Virus record (IMG/VR): IMGVR_UViG_3300037524_000872
Span: 1-40,215 of that record
Length of the DNA stretch: 40,215 nucleotides
Reading direction: 5' to 3' (one strand)
Source of the DNA: a virus
Taxonomy: Duplodnaviria > Caudoviricetes
Under the pieces are notes generated by a model that did no database searches, was not told the origin of the DNA, and saw only the letters and a program-made list of their open reading frames with translations. Of this stretch, positions 35,969 through 40,215 are shown piece after piece (position 1 is the stretch's first letter; every line of letters starts with the position of its first letter). The position numbers were made by a program, and so were the translations under genes.

Positions 35969-36558
35969 TGCGCCCCGCGCTTTCTCGCCACGTCCGCCAG
36001 ATACTTCTCCATCGCCTCATAGAGCCCGCCCAGGGGGCGCGTGGAAGACGGCACCACATGGTCGTAAAGGATTTCCCCCAGCTTGAGATAGCGCGCGGCA
36101 ATCTCAATGGGCAGCACCCGGGCGCAGGTTTCCGAGCAGGTCCAGCGATCATCCGATGCCGAGGCCCCTAGGCGAATAATGATCTTGTGCTGCTGCAGGA
36201 GATTCCCCATCAACTGAATCTTCGCGTACCCGATATTGCGCGCCGCCCAGTTCAGCGTCCGCAGCGCCGCCTCGATCTCCGGCTTGGTCAGCGGCAGCCA
36301 GTCTTGCTCATGGAGGACGTGCCCCGGCTTGGAAGCCCACTCCAGAAGGTTCGCATAGGGAATCGGCCCGCGCACTCCGTCGCTCCCGTTCGGGTTACGC
36401 TTCCAGGACGATTCAAAGTAGAAAACCTCGCCGTCATCGTCCTCGATGCGGATCAGGGCATGGTTAAACCGGCCATTGGTCGCCGCCTGGATCGAGCGCC
36501 CCGCGTAGCCGCTCACGTCGGCGGTATAGCAAAAGCTCATTCTCATCACGTACCCCAT
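35965..36558 (-). CDS. Permuted papain-like NlpC/P60 (YiiX/YebB-like) enzyme
   Basis: His motif IQAATNGRFNHALI precedes Cys motif WTCSETCARVL. Confidence 0.75.
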   Translation of the reverse strand: MGYVMRMSFCYTADVSGYAGRSIQAATNGRFNHALIRIEDDDGEVFYFESSWKRNPNGSDGVRGPIPYANLLEWASKPGHVLHEQDWLPLTKPEIEAALRTLNWAARNIGYAKIQLMGNLLQQHKIIIRLGASASDDRWTCSETCARVLPIEIAARYLKLGEILYDHVVPSSTRPLGGLYEAMEKYLADVARKRGAQ

Positions 36559-37529
36559 GCGCTTCGTGTTGCGGTCAAAGCTGGAATAGATGGATCCCGA
36601 CTAAACGAGTAGATACCTGTGGAGGTTCCGGCCGCTTTGCAGCGCTGGATGTACTTGGAAATGTTGGCAGAGTTTGGGGTCCCGCCCTGGCGCCAGTTCT
36701 TACCGAACAGGGTATAGATCATGTCGCCGTTGTCGGGGATCTGCAGGCGCCGGTGGTCGCTCCCTTGGATGTGGTCCATCGTCCGGGGGTGGTTTTCGAC
36801 AAATCCAAGATCGCGCTTCGTATTCCACGAGACAAGTTGCCACTTCTGGAAGCCGCCGGCCAGGAGCCCCTCCTCGATCGCGTAGCGGTACGACTCGTTC
36901 ACCCGGGGATCCGTTTCGTTCACTGCGAGGCAAATAATGTTCTCCGGCCCGATGCGGACCGCGAAGCGTTTCGCGCGCGAGCTCCACCATTTCGGGGTTC
37001 TCTTCTGTACCTGGCTCCAGTTCGACTGCGTGAACTTCAGATTAACGACCAGCCCGAGTGATCGAACGATCGGCATGATGAAGGCCATCTCGTCTTCGGC
37101 GTGGTCGTACCAGCTCTCGAAATCGTAGTTCGGCGTTGGGTGACGGTTGATGTACTCGTCGACCACATCCGGGCCAGCCAGTTCGATCTCCGGTCCCGTG
37201 AGGCCTGCTTCGCGGATAATCCCGAGCCAGGGCATCACATGTACCCGAGGCATGAGAAGCCCGAAGTAGGCCGGGTAGTCGAAGAAGCACATCTGGCGAC
37301 TAAGTGGAGCCGTCCATGTCTGTTCCGGTACAGGCCCAGATACGGGTGTTGGTTCTGGAACATCTTCCACTTCCACGATAAGCGTATCGCAATTGAGCTT
37401 CTTCTCCCAACCGCGCGTGGAAGTTGTAGCCTTCAGCGCTTCAGCCTGCAGCTCCGGAGACAGTTCCTCCCACAGCCATTGGCCCAGCACTTCCTTAGTC
37501 TGTTTATGGTAGATGATGACCCGTTTCAT
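36546..37529 (-). CDS. Hypothetical enzyme, possible glycoside hydrolase (endolysin candidate, 327 aa)
   Basis: Pro-rich linker, then alternating beta/alpha pattern with NIICLAVNE (clan GH-A-like NE). Follows the holin candidate. Confidence 0.4.
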   Translation of the reverse strand: MKRVIIYHKQTKEVLGQWLWEELSPELQAEALKATTSTRGWEKKLNCDTLIVEVEDVPEPTPVSGPVPEQTWTAPLSRQMCFFDYPAYFGLLMPRVHVMPWLGIIREAGLTGPEIELAGPDVVDEYINRHPTPNYDFESWYDHAEDEMAFIMPIVRSLGLVVNLKFTQSNWSQVQKRTPKWWSSRAKRFAVRIGPENIICLAVNETDPRVNESYRYAIEEGLLAGGFQKWQLVSWNTKRDLGFVENHPRTMDHIQGSDHRRLQIPDNGDMIYTLFGKNWRQGGTPNSANISKYIQRCKAAGTSTGIYSFSRDPSIPALTATRSAWGT

Positions 37530-37978
37530 TGCTCGCCCTTGTCCGTGTCCATCGCGGATTTCACCTTGAGGATGGCCTGCTCTAACTTTTCATCCTGCGC
37601 CCCTCCGCGATGGATGAGGCACGGGCGCGAGCGAATGATGTCTACCAAAACTTGCAGCAACTCGCTGCCGTGTGCCTGCTGGCGTTGAGTGTGCTCGTTG
37701 TTCGTCACAAACCGCTCCACGCTTGACGCAAACTGCGTCACGATACGCTCGACCTCTTTGGCGCGATCCGTTGTCAGGGAGATCGAGAGCCGATAGTTCA
37801 TCCAGAGAGCGAAACCGGCTATGGCCCCAGCAACAACGTCGCCCTCCCACGTAGAGAGGGCCGTTAACTGGCTGGCATCAGGAATGATCTGGGCCAGCAC
37901 AGGCGTGTACGTAACAGCCAGCGTAGCCAGTGCCGTGCCGGTCACTATCTTCATGCCTGTGGCGGTAGCGATCATCAA
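37526..37978 (-). CDS. Holin-like membrane protein (150 aa)
   Basis: Two hydrophobic segments then a helical tail. Located after the tail fibre and before enzyme genes. Confidence 0.5.
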   Translation of the reverse strand: MMIATATGMKIVTGTALATLAVTYTPVLAQIIPDASQLTALSTWEGDVVAGAIAGFALWMNYRLSISLTTDRAKEVERIVTQFASSVERFVTNNEHTQRQQAHGSELLQVLVDIIRSRPCLIHRGGAQDEKLEQAILKVKSAMDTDKGEQ

Positions 37979-38286
37979 TCTCCAACAGGTCCGGTCACGT
38001 CCTCGACCACGCTCGTTACCGCTGCCGCGATGATCGCATTCCGTTCCCGCTGAAGCTGGTCGCGATAGATGCGATGCGCTTCATTTGATGTAACGATGTC
38101 GAAGTACGCCTGCCAGCGGGCGCGGTTGTTCGCGATGTTCGTGGACGCGGGCCACGCCACGGCAAGTCCAGCGTTCATCTGGTCGAGTTTCGCGTTCTTG
38201 ATCTTTGTTTCGTTTGTGACTATGAGCGCGAGTGCCGCGCTGCTGGTCAGGACGAGGACTGCTAGTGCTGCGAGTAATTTCTTCAT
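37975..38286 (-). CDS. Small exported protein with signal peptide (103 aa)
   Basis: AGGAG RBS. MKKLLAALAVLVLTSSAALA-L. Confidence 0.7.
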   Translation of the reverse strand: MKKLLAALAVLVLTSSAALALIVTNETKIKNAKLDQMNAGLAVAWPASTNIANNRARWQAYFDIVTSNEAHRIYRDQLQRERNAIIAAAVTSVVEDVTGPVGD

Positions 38287-38294
38287 GTGTGCTC

Positions 38295-40215
38295 CTACGG
38301 TAACTCGTTATCACTTCCCAACGACCAACGCTCGATGTGCGCGTCCATCGAGTGACCGAACATGTTGTCGTCATTCGCGTTGTTCTCGCGCACAAACTCG
38401 CCAACGACCAAATCGCTAGGCCCAACCCGATTCGTCACCGTGAACAGGCTGATGATTTGGTGAACAAAAGCTGTGCCGGTAGGTGTAGCTGTCCAGCCAT
38501 TTGTGACGGGAAGCGAGAACCCACCGTTGATTTTGCCGACTGCCCAGACGACGCGGCCAGTAACCGGGTCAGCGTCCGTGCCATCCATCGACACGTGGAT
38601 ATGAACACGCACCTCGCCAGTGGAGACGATCCCGTGCGGAGCCTGAAGGGAGAAGAAGCTGTCCTGTTCTGCATTGCCCGCGTAACGCAACGCCTTGATC
38701 GGTGTTCGCCAGTTTTCAATGGAGGCTGACCCACCACCAGCAGAATCCAGCGGCATGATGACATCATCCCACCACGTCGCTGTGCCACGTGCGAAGAGTC
38801 CGGTTGAGGTCAGTGAGATGCTTCCAGTTTGCGCGGGGTCTGAAACCGTCATGCCGCCGGGCTCAGGCGTTGCCGTGTTGATGCCGACGCCACCGGAAGC
38901 GCGGATGAGGAACTGGTTAGTGCCTGTAGAGTGGAAGGCCGTACCTTGATTGTCTGACCAGATGAACACCGAGTTGTGGTCCGTCTCAGCTTTGTGACCT
39001 AGCGCGACGGAAGCGATTGCCCCATTCGTAACCGCGCACTGATAACCTCCGACAATAGACTGCCGACCACCCTGACGATTCTGGTATCCGGCCAAGATCA
39101 CCCCCGCAGCACCGAAATCAGGATTGCTGCCCCCCGTCAGATTTTCGACACCACCCAAACTGATCGAGTGTTCTGCCGAGTAGTAGCCATCAATCCGGCA
39201 GTAATACCCTCCAATTACAACTGCGTTAGCTGTAGCATTTCCACGGATTTCGCTGCCGATGCCCCCAAGAATCCCTTTCTGGTCGCCTCCACCAGTGAGT
39301 TTTAAGTACGCGCCACCGATGAGAAATGAGTTGTTGCCACCTTGAAATAGCTGCTCCTGCCCTCCAAGCATGAGGCTTTGGTACGTGTTTCCTGCGTCAC
39401 TCGTCATGCGGTTGTTCTCTCCGCCGAGAGCGCCGGAATTAGGTGAGGTCGATGCTGTCCCTTCGAGGGAGATATTGTTTCCGCCGAGCGCGACCGAGCG
39501 AGGGGGAACGACTGTTAGATCAACTCCGGCAAACGCGCCACTAGACTCGCCATCGACCCTATTGGTGATACCACCGCTCGAAACTGAGTACGGCCCTAGC
39601 GCACCAGCGCCCTTGCCTCCTGTCACGGTTGCATAGTAACCGGTTGCAGAGTTGTAGCCGCCCGTCGGCGCAATGCTGCCCGTTGCAGCTTCGGCATAGG
39701 GACTGGCGGTGCACGTAAAATACCACCTACCCGTTGGCCCTGCCGCCTGATTACTCACCAGGGTCCCGCCCTGCCCCACGATGTCGATGGTGTTCAGGCC
39801 CGTCAGCAGCGACCCGCCATTGGCCAGCCCCTTGTCGATCGCGTTCGTGACGGACGCGGATCCAGCCGTATCCACATACTCCTTCGTCGCCGCATGACTG
39901 CCCGCTGTGGGTGTTGGTACGCTCACACTCGCCGCGTTGGTCATGTCCACCGCGTTGGTGTCCCCGATGGCATCCACAAACACGCGGTGCAGTTCCCCCA
40001 TCTTGTTCGTGGCCACGCTGTCGGTCAGCCCAAGGTTCCCGCGCGCTGTCGCCGCGTTGGCCAGGTCGGATAGATTATTGGCGGCAACAAGCGCGCCGAG
40101 TTGCCCCACCGTCCTGAATGTCGGGTTGGTGGAAGCTCCGTCCGAGGCCAGCACCGTATTGCTCTCGCCAAACGCGACCATCACCGCCGTGGTACTGCCG
40201 TGCGTCGTCGCCACG
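38295..40215 (-). CDS. Tail fibre/spike, C-terminal part (joins 1-1631 if circular; 1183 aa total)
   Basis: NNLSDLANAATARGNLGL, HAATKEYVD, Gly-rich beta-roll repeats, VFIWSD...NQFLIRASGGVGINT, and a C-terminal beta-sandwich. Confidence 0.85.
   Translation of the reverse strand, partial: VATTHGSTTAVMVAFGESNTVLASDGASTNPTFRTVGQLGALVAANNLSDLANAATARGNLGLTDSVATNKMGELHRVFVDAIGDTNAVDMTNAASVSVPTPTAGSHAATKEYVDTAGSASVTNAIDKGLANGGSLLTGLNTIDIVGQGGTLVSNQAAGPTGRWYFTCTASPYAEAATGSIAPTGGYNSATGYYATVTGGKGAGALGPYSVSSGGITNRVDGESSGAFAGVDLTVVPPRSVALGGNNISLEGTASTSPNSGALGGENNRMTSDAGNTYQSLMLGGQEQLFQGGNNSFLIGGAYLKLTGGGDQKGILGGIGSEIRGNATANAVVIGGYYCRIDGYYSAEHSISLGGVENLTGGSNPDFGAAGVILAGYQNRQGGRQSIVGGYQCAVTNGAIASVALGHKAETDHNSVFIWSDNQGTAFHSTGTNQFLIRASGGVGINTATPEPGGMTVSDPAQTGSISLTSTGLFARGTATWWDDVIMPLDSAGGGSASIENWRTPIKALRYAGNAEQDSFFSLQAPHGIVSTGEVRVHIHVSMDGTDADPVTGRVVWAVGKINGGFSLPVTNGWTATPTGTAFVHQIISLFTVTNRVGPSDLVVGEFVRENNANDDNMFGHSMDAHIERWSLGSDNELP

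Larger units (their letters stand above)
1..40215. mobile_element. Temperate podovirus-like phage genome, probably complete and circular (excised form)
   Basis: Integrase with internal attP, switch, replication, TerL, portal, capsid, nozzle, ejection and lysis-candidate genes. No host genes and no tape measure or sheath. The ORF is continuous across the ends. Confidence 0.88.

Noticed and set aside
38295-38760. Diversity-generating retroelement target at the fibre tip
   Set aside because: No reverse transcriptase and no template repeat seen in the window.

Overview
The window looks like the complete circular genome (40,215 bp, GC-rich) of a temperate, short-tailed (podovirus-like) phage in its excised form. 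A tail-fibre ORF runs off position 1 and continues in frame at 40215, and an attP-like site lies mid-sequence next to a tyrosine integrase. Almost all genes are on the minus strand. From ~19050 leftwards: regulators, putative TerS, replication initiator with iterons, DnaB helicase, DHH phosphoesterase, small accessory genes, TerL, portal, scaffold, major capsid, head/tail proteins and the tail fibre. After the junction: lysis candidates, tail nozzle, ejection proteins and a 2903-aa polyvalent protein. The most unusual elements are: (1) a small array of integron attC-like hairpins punctuating accessory genes at 12.0-12.7 kb, with genes antisense to the sites and no integron integrase in the genome; (2) an attP carrying the 5' half of a tRNA-Leu(TAG) plus a candidate promoter; (3) a divergent switch of two apparently leaderless ribbon-helix-helix proteins, with a CTTA(C/G)TAAG palindrome at six sites across the genome; (4) signal peptides on putative virion proteins. 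A PVC-superphylum host is a weak impression from protein style only. All product calls come from reading motifs and synteny by eye; no database searches were run.
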